Made by a program: the position numbers and the translations under genes. A stretch of 64,000 nt of DNA from an uncultured bacterium (GTDB lineage: Bacteria; Armatimonadota; HRBIN16): assembly GCA_964579145.1 (NCBI GenBank), contig CAZOGB010000013.1:154-64153 (forward strand), given 5' to 3'. Positions 47,171 through 55,514 of the stretch are shown piece after piece; the first letter of the stretch is position 1; each line of letters starts with the position of its first letter. The notes under the pieces are model-generated. The model saw nothing but the letters and a program-made list of their open reading frames with translations. It was not told the origin of the DNA and searched no databases.

Positions 47171-50100
47171 ATGGGATTAAGGAAATCGTTTCGTAATCCG
47201 GGCGCGGAATACAGGGGCGCGCCCTTCTGGTCATGGAACGACCGACTGGACGCCGCCGAACTGGTACGCCAGATTGACAGCATGATGCAGGCGGGGATGG
47301 GAGGCTTCTTCATGCACTCCCGCACCGGTCTGCTCACCCCATATCTGTCGGACGAGTGGATGGCGCTGGTTCGCACCTGCGTTCAGGCTGCGGGAGAGCG
47401 AGGGCTTCTTGCCTGGCTGTACGATGAAGACCGCTGGCCCTCTGGATTCGCCGGGGGCGATGTGCCCGCGATGCATCCCTCCTTCAGGGCGAAACACCTC
47501 ACCTGGACCCGGGGGGATACGCCTGTTTCGGCAGAGGACAACGTGCTGGTGGTCTATTCCTGTGTGGAAGAGGATGGCTCGCTTCGGGATTTCTGCCTTC
47601 TGCGCGATGGCGAGGAAGTGCCTGCTGGACGAACAGTGATACGATTCGTGTGGCGATACGACCAACCCAGCCCCTGGTACAACGGCGGCAGCTACCTGGA
47701 CACTCTGAACCCCGAAGCGGTCGCCGCCTTCCTGCACCATACCTACGACGCCTACGCCCGCGAGGTGAGCAATGAGTTCGGCAGGGCGATACCGGGCATC
47801 TTCACCGACGAACCGCACTACGGCAAATGCTTTCAGCCCGACAAACTGCCGTTCACGGAAAGGTTGCCAGCGGAGTTCCAGAAGGCGTACGGCTATCCGT
47901 TCGTGGAGGCACTGCCCGCGCTCTTCTTCGATACGCCCGATGCCACTGCACACCGCTACCGTTTCCATCGCCTGCTGACGCAGATGTTTGTGCAGAGCTT
48001 CGGCAAGCAGCTGTACGACTGGTGCGAGGCGCACGGTATCGAACTGACCGGGCACTACTTGTTGGAGGATACCTTCCAGGACCAGATTGCAGCCATCGGT
48101 GCGGCGATGCCCCTGTACGAGTACATGCAGTCGCCGGGCATTGACCATCTCGGCAGACGCCTACCGGACGCCCTGCTGGCGCGACAGGTCTCTAGCGTGG
48201 CAAGGCAGATGGGCAGGAAGCGCGTGTTGTGCGAGACCTATGGCTGTTCGGGGTGGAACATCTCCTTCGCCGAGCAGAAATGGATTGCCGACAGCCTGTT
48301 CGTGCAGGGCGTGACCTATATGAACCAGCATCTTGCGCTCTACTCCATGTGGGGCGGACGCAAGCGCGACTTTCCACCGTCCATCTTCTACCAGCAACCC
48401 TGGTGGAAGCACTACCGCTATCTTTCCGACTATATGGCGCGGGTAACGCTGATGCTTCAGTCGGGCGCGCCCTGCAGTGAACTGCTGGTGCTACATACCA
48501 TCGGCTCGGGCTGGGCGACCTTCCGACCGGACAACCAGCAGGAGTGTGCCCGCTACGGCGAGGCGTGTATGCGCATCAGCACCTGGCTGAACGAGTTACA
48601 GCACGACCACGATTTCGGCGACGAGCTGATAATGCAGAGGCACGCCGGCGTGGAAGGCGAGACCCTGCGCGTCGGGCAGGCGCGTTATCGCCTGCTGGTG
48701 ATACCCCCTGCGCTCACGCTTGCGCGCAGCACGGTCACTCTTCTGCGCCAGTGGCTGGAGGCTGGGGGGCGGATTATCGTCGTGGGAGAGACCGCGTGGC
48801 AGATAGAAGGCGTGCCTGCGGCAGAGGAGCTCGATTCGCTGTGGAACCATCCGAACGTGATACGTATACCCGAGGATTTCACCGCGCTGGCGCAAAGCGT
48901 GGATGGGGTTCTGCCTCCGCTAGTGCGTGTGACCTATCCGGGCGGCGAGGTGTGTCGCTCGGTGTACGCGCGCACAGTGCAGCGGGAGGATGACTCTCTG
49001 GTGGTCTTCCTTGCCAACCGCGCTCTGAACGACGACCACGGCGACCTGACGGTGCACCTGCGCCGCGAGGGACACCTGAGCCAGTGGAAGGCAGAAACGG
49101 GTGAAATCGTGGCACTGCCTGCGGACAGAACGAGTGATGGCGTTCGGTGCACCCTGCCGTTCGGACCCGCGCAGTCCTACCTGCTGATGCTGGACGGCAG
49201 TGCGGGTTCCACGTACGAGCGCAGGAAGCATCCTGCCATGCAGATACAGCTGGACCATAATTACCGGGTGGAGCGTACCGAGCCGAACGTGCTTCTGCTG
49301 GACTACGCCACGCTGACAATACCCGGTCAACCTCCAACCGAACGCCTGCCGATGTGGAAACTGCATCTGCAGCTGGCAGAGCATCTGGGAATCGACCCCG
49401 ATCTACATAACAGCGGGGTATCGCTGTGGAAGCGCGAAAAGGAGCGAGCGACACCACCCAAGACGTGCGATGTAGTGCTGACTTATACCTTTGAGAGCCG
49501 CATCAAGCCGTCCTCACCGCTGACGCTGGTGGTGGAGAAACCGGAACACAGCCGATTCCTCATCAACGGAACGCCGATAGACAGCACGGACATCGGCTGG
49601 TGGCTGGACATCGGTTTTCGCAAGCTGGACATTTCGGGAACCATTCGCAAAGGAACAAACATCATCGAACAGCATCTCCACTTTGTGGAGGGGCTGACAC
49701 TGGAGCCTATCATGATACTGGGAGATTTCGGGGTGTTGCCGATGAAGAATAACTGTCAATTTGTACTGGACAGGGAGCCGAAAACCATCACGCTGGACGA
49801 CTGGTGCAAGCAGGGGTATCCCTTCTATTGCGGGTCACAGCGATTCACCTGGCGAGTACACCTGCCCGGTGAGGCACAGCGCGTGGTGCTGGAGTGCCAG
49901 AAACCCGGTGCGCCGGTGTACAGTGTGCACGTGAATGGGCAGTACGCCGGACTGCTGGCATGGCATCCCTACGAGGTGGACATCACTGACCTGGTGCACG
50001 AAGGGGAAAACGAAATCACGATAGAGGTGTTCACCAGCCCGCGCAACCTGCTGGGTCCCCTGCATCACCGGCAGGGCGAGCTGTTCGGCGTGGGACCGGA

Positions 50101-50191
50101 GAGTTTCACCGCGGGCGAGGCGTGGACGGACGAGTATCAGTTCGTGCCGTATGGCTTGCTGACGCCTCCACGCATCACCATTTACGAGTAG
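47171..50191 (+). CDS. GH106-like glycoside hydrolase (alpha-L-rhamnosidase-related, 1006 aa)
   Basis: PFWSWN, GGFFMHSRTGL, WLYDEDRWPSG, GIFTDEP, PGIDHL, SSVARQMG, CETYG; C-terminal beta-sandwich. Confidence 0.78.
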   Translation: MGLRKSFRNPGAEYRGAPFWSWNDRLDAAELVRQIDSMMQAGMGGFFMHSRTGLLTPYLSDEWMALVRTCVQAAGERGLLAWLYDEDRWPSGFAGGDVPAMHPSFRAKHLTWTRGDTPVSAEDNVLVVYSCVEEDGSLRDFCLLRDGEEVPAGRTVIRFVWRYDQPSPWYNGGSYLDTLNPEAVAAFLHHTYDAYAREVSNEFGRAIPGIFTDEPHYGKCFQPDKLPFTERLPAEFQKAYGYPFVEALPALFFDTPDATAHRYRFHRLLTQMFVQSFGKQLYDWCEAHGIELTGHYLLEDTFQDQIAAIGAAMPLYEYMQSPGIDHLGRRLPDALLARQVSSVARQMGRKRVLCETYGCSGWNISFAEQKWIADSLFVQGVTYMNQHLALYSMWGGRKRDFPPSIFYQQPWWKHYRYLSDYMARVTLMLQSGAPCSELLVLHTIGSGWATFRPDNQQECARYGEACMRISTWLNELQHDHDFGDELIMQRHAGVEGETLRVGQARYRLLVIPPALTLARSTVTLLRQWLEAGGRIIVVGETAWQIEGVPAAEELDSLWNHPNVIRIPEDFTALAQSVDGVLPPLVRVTYPGGEVCRSVYARTVQREDDSLVVFLANRALNDDHGDLTVHLRREGHLSQWKAETGEIVALPADRTSDGVRCTLPFGPAQSYLLMLDGSAGSTYERRKHPAMQIQLDHNYRVERTEPNVLLLDYATLTIPGQPPTERLPMWKLHLQLAEHLGIDPDLHNSGVSLWKREKERATPPKTCDVVLTYTFESRIKPSSPLTLVVEKPEHSRFLINGTPIDSTDIGWWLDIGFRKLDISGTIRKGTNIIEQHLHFVEGLTLEPIMILGDFGVLPMKNNCQFVLDREPKTITLDDWCKQGYPFYCGSQRFTWRVHLPGEAQRVVLECQKPGAPVYSVHVNGQYAGLLAWHPYEVDITDLVHEGENEITIEVFTSPRNLLGPLHHRQGELFGVGPESFTAGEAWTDEYQFVPYGLLTPPRITIYE

Positions 50192-50207
50192 GGCGCAGGC
50201 GGAGCCA

Positions 50208-51068
50208 TCACTTCCCCTGCGGAGGCGCGGTCTGCGGCTTGGGGATTTTCTTCCCGCACATCGGGCAGTAGTTCCAGTGCGGTTGCAGTTCCGTGCCGCA
50301 GTTGCCACAGCGCAACGCCCCTACCTGCGTATCCGCGCCTGCTCTTTTCGCGGCTACCGACGGTTGAGCCGGCACAGCTGCCCCCAGCGTCGGCGCAACG
50401 CGCAGGGTCATTGGGTCAACGAACTGTCTCATGCCGGGCGCGGGTGCACCTTTCACCTGAATCTGTGGAGCGGGTACCAGCAAAATCGAGCCATCGGGCT
50501 GAACCTGATACTGCGTCTGGGTCGCCTGGGCAATCACGTTCAGCGCGTAGCCCAGTGTGACGTTGCTCAGCACCAGTCTTGTGACCTCCAGGTCGGGAAC
50601 CTCCGGCGCGGCGCTAATCGGCACGCCCGTCTGTTGAGAGAGCATCGCCAGCACGTTGCGCAGGCGTGCACTGGCGACCATGTTCACCGGTCGCGAAAGG
50701 ATGTCCACCGGCGCCTGCATCGCCATCAGCATTGCCGGACGCGCCCGCACGACGTACGTCTCCACCAGGCGCCCCTGCGGCGAGCGCGACCGCTCCAGCC
50801 GATACATCAGCCCCGCGCTTTGCAGAACGCGGTTCAGCGCCTCCTCAAACGAGTTGGTCGCTATGCGCAGAGAAACCCGTCCCTGCACGCCGGGCTCTAT
50901 CACATATTGCTTGCCCGCTTTCTGGAACAGGTCATCCAGCACCTCACGCACATCGCGATTGACCGCCTCAATCTGATACGCCCGGAGGGGTGCTGGCTGC
51001 TGGCACCATGCCGTCAGTGGAGCCATGAGTATTGCTGTGACTATCAGGGTTATCCATCGGCTGTTCAT
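50208..51068 (-). CDS. Exported tandem STN (secretin/TonB N-terminal) domain protein with C-terminal zinc ribbon
   Basis: Hydrophobic leader; two STN-like repeats (DVREVLDDLFQKAGKQYVI...FEEALNRVL; LRNVLAMLSQQTGVPI...LGYALNVIA); CGNCG...YCPMCG. Confidence 0.75.
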   Translation of the reverse strand: MNSRWITLIVTAILMAPLTAWCQQPAPLRAYQIEAVNRDVREVLDDLFQKAGKQYVIEPGVQGRVSLRIATNSFEEALNRVLQSAGLMYRLERSRSPQGRLVETYVVRARPAMLMAMQAPVDILSRPVNMVASARLRNVLAMLSQQTGVPISAAPEVPDLEVTRLVLSNVTLGYALNVIAQATQTQYQVQPDGSILLVPAPQIQVKGAPAPGMRQFVDPMTLRVAPTLGAAVPAQPSVAAKRAGADTQVGALRCGNCGTELQPHWNYCPMCGKKIPKPQTAPPQGK

Positions 51069-51783
51069 TCGTTTCCACCTCCACCACTGCTGAGCTGTTC
51101 ATCTCTATCTGCACCGCTTTGGGTTGACCAGTCGAATCGTAAGTGGTTTGCAAAAGCACTTTGCCCACCAGCTCGCCGTCCGCGTTGCGCACCTCGGCAT
51201 ATGCCATGCTGACCGTCGCCTCCGGCGCGGGCTGCGAAGGCACGCTCACAGGCGCCGTTTTGGACGTCTGTTGCACCGCCACGCGCGGCGGCGCAGGAAC
51301 CTTCGGTCGGCTATTCACTGGAACGCGGTCGGGTTCTGCCGTATCCTGCTGGGATGGTGCGATGTGGGGCGAGGGAACCGCATCTACCGGCGGCGCCTTG
51401 ACGAACTCCCCTGCCTCAGACGGACTGCTAACGGGAGAGGTCGCCGGAGCGGGAGTGGGATTTCGTGCCCACCAGACCACGCCAAGCACCAGCGCACACG
51501 CCGCCGCTGCGGTTACTGTGCCCACCTGCCACCACAGAACACCTGCCCTGCGAGCAGGAGCGGTGCGCCCGGCGAGTCGCTGTTGAAACTCCTGCCACAT
51601 CTCCTGCGACGGCGGCGCGGATACCGTGACCTTCAACACCCGGCGCAGGGAACGTTGCCACTTCAGCTCCTGTGCACACGCCCGGCACGTCTGAAGGTGC
51701 GCCTGCACCCATTGCAGACGCCGACCGCTCAGCCTGCCGTCGATATACTCATCCAGCCACCACCGAACCAGCACACAGCGCAT
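50968..51783 (-). CDS. Zinc-binding anti-sigma factor (zf-HC2) with one TM and Pro-rich linker
   Basis: MRC...LDEYIDG...HLQTCRAC (HxxxCxxC); TM AAAACALVLGVVWW; 2 nt after the sigma gene. Confidence 0.85.
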   Translation of the reverse strand: MRCVLVRWWLDEYIDGRLSGRRLQWVQAHLQTCRACAQELKWQRSLRRVLKVTVSAPPSQEMWQEFQQRLAGRTAPARRAGVLWWQVGTVTAAAACALVLGVVWWARNPTPAPATSPVSSPSEAGEFVKAPPVDAVPSPHIAPSQQDTAEPDRVPVNSRPKVPAPPRVAVQQTSKTAPVSVPSQPAPEATVSMAYAEVRNADGELVGKVLLQTTYDSTGQPKAVQIEMNSSAVVEVETNEQPMDNPDSHSNTHGSTDGMVPAASTPPGVSD

Positions 51784-51785
51784 CG

Positions 51786-52400
51786 TTACTCGCCGTCCTC
51801 CTGTGCAAACCTCTTCCCATACAGGCGACGGAAGGTGTTGCGAGCCCGGTGCAGACGAACCTTAACCGCCGCCACCGAGCAGTTCATCACCTCAGCCATC
51901 TCCTCCAGCGACATCTCCTGAAAATAGCGCAGCACCAGCACCGCCCTCTGCTGTTCCGGCAGCTGGGCAAGTAGTTCCTGTACCGCCTGCTGGGTCTCCA
52001 CCCGTGCCAGCTGTTGCTCCGGCTCTGCCTCGATGTCGGCGCGGAACTCGCGCAGGGCGTCCAGCGGTATCTGCGGGTGACGTTTCTGTTTGCGCACATG
52101 CGTAATCGCCGCGTTCACCGCTACCCGGTACAGCCACGTAGACAGCGCGGAACCGCCACGAAAGCTCGACAGCGCATCGTAAACATGCAGAAAAACGTCC
52201 TGCGTGACATCTCGCGCGTCGTCGGGGTTCTGCACGATGCCGTACACCACGTTGTACACGTAAGGCTGGTACCGGTGGTATAGTTCCTCGAACGCGCTGG
52301 CGTCGCCCGCCAGAAATCGCTCGATCGCCTGGTGGTCGGCGTCAGCCGAGTTAACCGTACCGGAAGAGTGCGGCAACGCTATCGCTCCCAGATTCGCCAA
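51786..52400 (-). CDS. ECF-type RNA polymerase sigma factor (sigma-70 group 4)
   Basis: AFEELYHRY, DARDVTQDVF, STWLYRVAVN, LPEQQRAVLVLRYFQEMSLEEMA, VKVRLHRAR. Confidence 0.93.
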   Translation of the reverse strand: MANLGAIALPHSSGTVNSADADHQAIERFLAGDASAFEELYHRYQPYVYNVVYGIVQNPDDARDVTQDVFLHVYDALSSFRGGSALSTWLYRVAVNAAITHVRKQKRHPQIPLDALREFRADIEAEPEQQLARVETQQAVQELLAQLPEQQRAVLVLRYFQEMSLEEMAEVMNCSVAAVKVRLHRARNTFRRLYGKRFAQEDGE

Positions 52401-52446
52401 TGATTCGCTCCCGCTTCCCGCCTTGCGCGGATGTCATGCACAGATA

Positions 52447-52473
52447 AGACGTCATGCATCCCACAAAGGTTAC
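52447..52473 (-). promoter_or_regulatory. Putative autoregulated ECF promoter GTAACC-N16-CGTCT
   Basis: Minus-strand GTAAC 52473-52469 and CGTCT 52451-52447, about 45 nt upstream of the sigma start; matches the ECF AAC/CGT pattern. Confidence 0.55.
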
Positions 52474-52555
52474 GGGACGCGGGGAGTTTCGCTCTCATTC
52501 TTAGACGCGCTTTCTCTCTGTCCCTTTTCAGGGATGCAGGCGAACGCAGATGGAG

Positions 52556-52570
52556 TATTTAACTTAAATA
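52556..52570. promoter_or_regulatory. AT-rich palindrome TATTTAA-C-TTAAATA (candidate operator)
   Basis: Perfect inverted heptamer 30 nt upstream of the URO-D-like operon. Confidence 0.4.
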
Positions 52571-52599
52571 GTGCAATCAGATGAACGGAGGCGATGGCT

Positions 52600-53772
52600 A
52601 TGTCTGCGCAGATAACCGATTTCGCCGAGCACAACGCGGAGGTTCGACACGTCTGGGAGGCATACCGGGCGGGCAAGCCGGTGCGCGTGCCCATCATCTG
52701 GGGCATAAACGTCCGGTTTACCATGGAAATACCCGAAGCAAACCCGCGCGGTCTTACTTTTAGCCAGTACTTTGATGACCCGCAGGCGATGCTGGAGCGG
52801 CAGATTGAGCATATTTATTGGGTGCGCCACCACGTCCCGCAGGACGCCGAAATGGGCGTTCCCGAAAAGGGATGGGACGTGTGGGTGGACTTCCAGAACG
52901 TGTACGAATCGGCGTGGCTGGGCTGTGAGATATTCTACTCTCCCGACCAGGTACCCGACGTGAAACCTCTGCTAGCGGGCGACCGGAAGAACCTGCTATT
53001 TGACAGGGGCATTCCCGACCCCTTCACGGGCGGACTAATGGCACGCAACTGGGAGTTCTGCGAGTACATGAAGTGCAGGCAGGAAGAGGGCTGGACCATG
53101 TACGGCAAGCCCATCGCCTCCGTCTCGCCGACGGGTCTGGGGACGGATGGACCCATGACGATATGCTGTAACCTGCGTGGAGCATCGCAGTTCGCCGCCG
53201 ACCTGATCGAAGACCCTGACTACGCCCTGCAGCTGCTGGACTTCGTGACCACAGCCATTATCACCCGCATCAAAGCGTACCGCCGCCATCTGGGGCAGCC
53301 TGAGAAGACGCCCAACGGCTGGGGCTTTGCCGACGACAGCATTGAACTGCTCAGCACGCACATGTACGAGCAGATGGTCTTTCCCTTCCACCAGCGATTG
53401 AAAGAGGAGTTGATGGAAGACCCCACCCAGCCGATAGGCATCCACCTGTGCGGTGATGTGCAGAGGCATCTGGTGTTCCTGCGCGACAGGCTGAACGTGC
53501 GCAGTATCGACACCGGTTTCCCCATAGACCTTGGCAGGGCGCGACGCGACCTGGGTCCCGAGGTGGAACTGCTGGGTGGACCCGCGGTGCCCCTGCTTCA
53601 TCATGGCACGCCAGATGAGGTGCGCAGGGAGACCATCCGAATCCTGCAGAGCGGAGTGATGGAGGGCGGCAGGTTCATCCTGCGTGAAGGCAATAATCTC
53701 GCCCCGGGCACGCCACTGGAGAATCTGTGGGCGATGTATGAAACCGGAAAGCAATACGGACGATACACATAG
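52600..53772 (+). CDS. Uroporphyrinogen decarboxylase (URO-D)/MtaA-like family protein
   Basis: DLIEDPDYA, FADDS, HLCG, GGRFILREGNNL..GTP. Lacks the HemE RQAGR motif. Confidence 0.8.
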   Translation: MSAQITDFAEHNAEVRHVWEAYRAGKPVRVPIIWGINVRFTMEIPEANPRGLTFSQYFDDPQAMLERQIEHIYWVRHHVPQDAEMGVPEKGWDVWVDFQNVYESAWLGCEIFYSPDQVPDVKPLLAGDRKNLLFDRGIPDPFTGGLMARNWEFCEYMKCRQEEGWTMYGKPIASVSPTGLGTDGPMTICCNLRGASQFAADLIEDPDYALQLLDFVTTAIITRIKAYRRHLGQPEKTPNGWGFADDSIELLSTHMYEQMVFPFHQRLKEELMEDPTQPIGIHLCGDVQRHLVFLRDRLNVRSIDTGFPIDLGRARRDLGPEVELLGGPAVPLLHHGTPDEVRRETIRILQSGVMEGGRFILREGNNLAPGTPLENLWAMYETGKQYGRYT

Positions 53773-53792
53773 CACAGGAGGAGGGCACAGCG

Positions 53793-54326
53793 ATGGAGTT
53801 CTTCGAGGTGTTGAAAGAACGTCGCTCGGTGCGCGCCTACGAGCGCAAGCCGATTGAAGAGGAGAAGCTGCAGAAGATTCTGGAAGCCATCAACAGCGCG
53901 CCCTCAGCGGGCAACCTGCAGGCATACGAGGTGGTGCTGGTGCGCGACCGCGAGCGCATCCGCCAGCTGGCACGAGCCTCCCATGACCAGACCTTCATCG
54001 AGGACGCGCCCGTGGTGCTGGTGTTCGTTGCCAACCCCCTGCGCAACAGCCACACCTACGGGAGGCGTGGAGAACACCTGTACTGTATGCAGGACGCCAC
54101 CATTGCCTGCACCGTCGCTCACTTCGCTGCGACCGCGCTGGGGCTGAGCAGCTGCTGGATCGGCGCGTTCGACGACGAGGCGGTGGCGAACATTGTGGGT
54201 GCGGAGCCGCCCCTGCACGTCGCGGCAATACTGCCCATCGGCTATCCCGCCGAGCATCCTTCCCCGCGCCCGCGCCGTCCACTGAGCGACCTGGTGCACG
54301 AGGAGCGACTGAGGAGGACGAAATGA
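53793..54326 (+). CDS. Nitroreductase family protein
   Basis: RRSVRAY, APSAGNLQ, ATALGLSSCWIGAF, IGYP. Confidence 0.92.
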   Translation: MEFFEVLKERRSVRAYERKPIEEEKLQKILEAINSAPSAGNLQAYEVVLVRDRERIRQLARASHDQTFIEDAPVVLVFVANPLRNSHTYGRRGEHLYCMQDATIACTVAHFAATALGLSSCWIGAFDDEAVANIVGAEPPLHVAAILPIGYPAEHPSPRPRRPLSDLVHEERLRRTK

Positions 54327-55477
54327 ACAGTTATGAACGGTTCATGACCGCCCTTTTGCGCCGCGGGGAGCCCGACAGGGTTCCCCTGTGGGAGCTTATC
54401 GTCAACGAGCCGACCCTTTCCGCGGTGGGCGCGAAATCGCTTGAAGACCTCGCCGAGATGGACCATCTGGACGGAATCACCATCTTTGAAGACATGCAGA
54501 TGCAGTTACTTGGCTCGGCACAGCAGTCGGAAGTGGTGTGGCGAGGGCGCACCATCCTGGAGGGCACTCAGCAGATTATGCGCGACGAATGGGGCATTAT
54601 CTGGGGCGTGACGGAGTTCGGTATCCCTTACCCGATTGAGGGGCCCATCCGCTCCCGCGAAGACCTGAAGCACTACACCCCGCCCGACCCCGATGCGCCA
54701 CACCGTCTGCGCTCCCTGCGTGAGGCGGTCAAACGGTTCAAAGGGCGCAAAGCGATTGTTTTCCTGACCCACGACGGCTTCGAGTTCCCGCACTACCTGC
54801 GCGGGGGCATGGAAAACCTGCTGATGGACTACGTGGACGACCCCGACCTGGCGCATACCCTGGCGGAGATGGTGATTGACTACAAGATTCGCCTGCTTCG
54901 TCGCGCCATTCGCGAGGGGGCGGATGCTATCGTTTCGGGTGATGACTACGCCACCGCGCACGGGTTAATTATGAGCCCCGCCCACTTTCGCACCTTTATC
55001 CTGCCTTACCTGAAGCGCAGTATCGACGCGGTGCACGAGATGGGCGTGCCGTACATCAAACATACCGATGGCAACATCTGGGCGATTATGGATATGCTCG
55101 TGGAGGCGGGCATTGACGCCATTGACCCCATCGAACCCTTAGCGGGCATGGACATCGGCGAAGTGAAGGCACGCTACGGCGATCGGATTGCTGTCATCGG
55201 CAACGTGGACTGCTCGCTGGTGCTCACTCAGGGCACAACGGAAGAGGTAGAGGAAGCGGTGAAGGAGACCATTGCCAAAGCCTCGCACGGCGGTGGGCAC
55301 ATCCTAGCGTCCAGCAACTCCATCCATCCCGCCGTCAAGCCCGAGAACTATCTCGCGATGGTGGAAGCGGCAAAGAAGTACGGCAGATACCCGATAGACC
55401 CGAATCTGGTAGCGGAGTATCGCACGCGCCGTTATATCCAGCGATACACCCACGCGCAGGAAGCCCACAGCGGGTGA
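54323..55477 (+). CDS. Uroporphyrinogen decarboxylase (URO-D)-like family protein
   Basis: PDRVP, DEWGI, GGMENLLMD, GDDYA, KHTDG, IGNVD, GGHILASSNSI. Confidence 0.82.
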   Translation: MNSYERFMTALLRRGEPDRVPLWELIVNEPTLSAVGAKSLEDLAEMDHLDGITIFEDMQMQLLGSAQQSEVVWRGRTILEGTQQIMRDEWGIIWGVTEFGIPYPIEGPIRSREDLKHYTPPDPDAPHRLRSLREAVKRFKGRKAIVFLTHDGFEFPHYLRGGMENLLMDYVDDPDLAHTLAEMVIDYKIRLLRRAIREGADAIVSGDDYATAHGLIMSPAHFRTFILPYLKRSIDAVHEMGVPYIKHTDGNIWAIMDMLVEAGIDAIDPIEPLAGMDIGEVKARYGDRIAVIGNVDCSLVLTQGTTEEVEEAVKETIAKASHGGGHILASSNSIHPAVKPENYLAMVEAAKKYGRYPIDPNLVAEYRTRRYIQRYTHAQEAHSG

Positions 55478-55514
55478 AAAAGGAAATCACGTTCGCTGGC
55501 GTGAACAGAATGCT

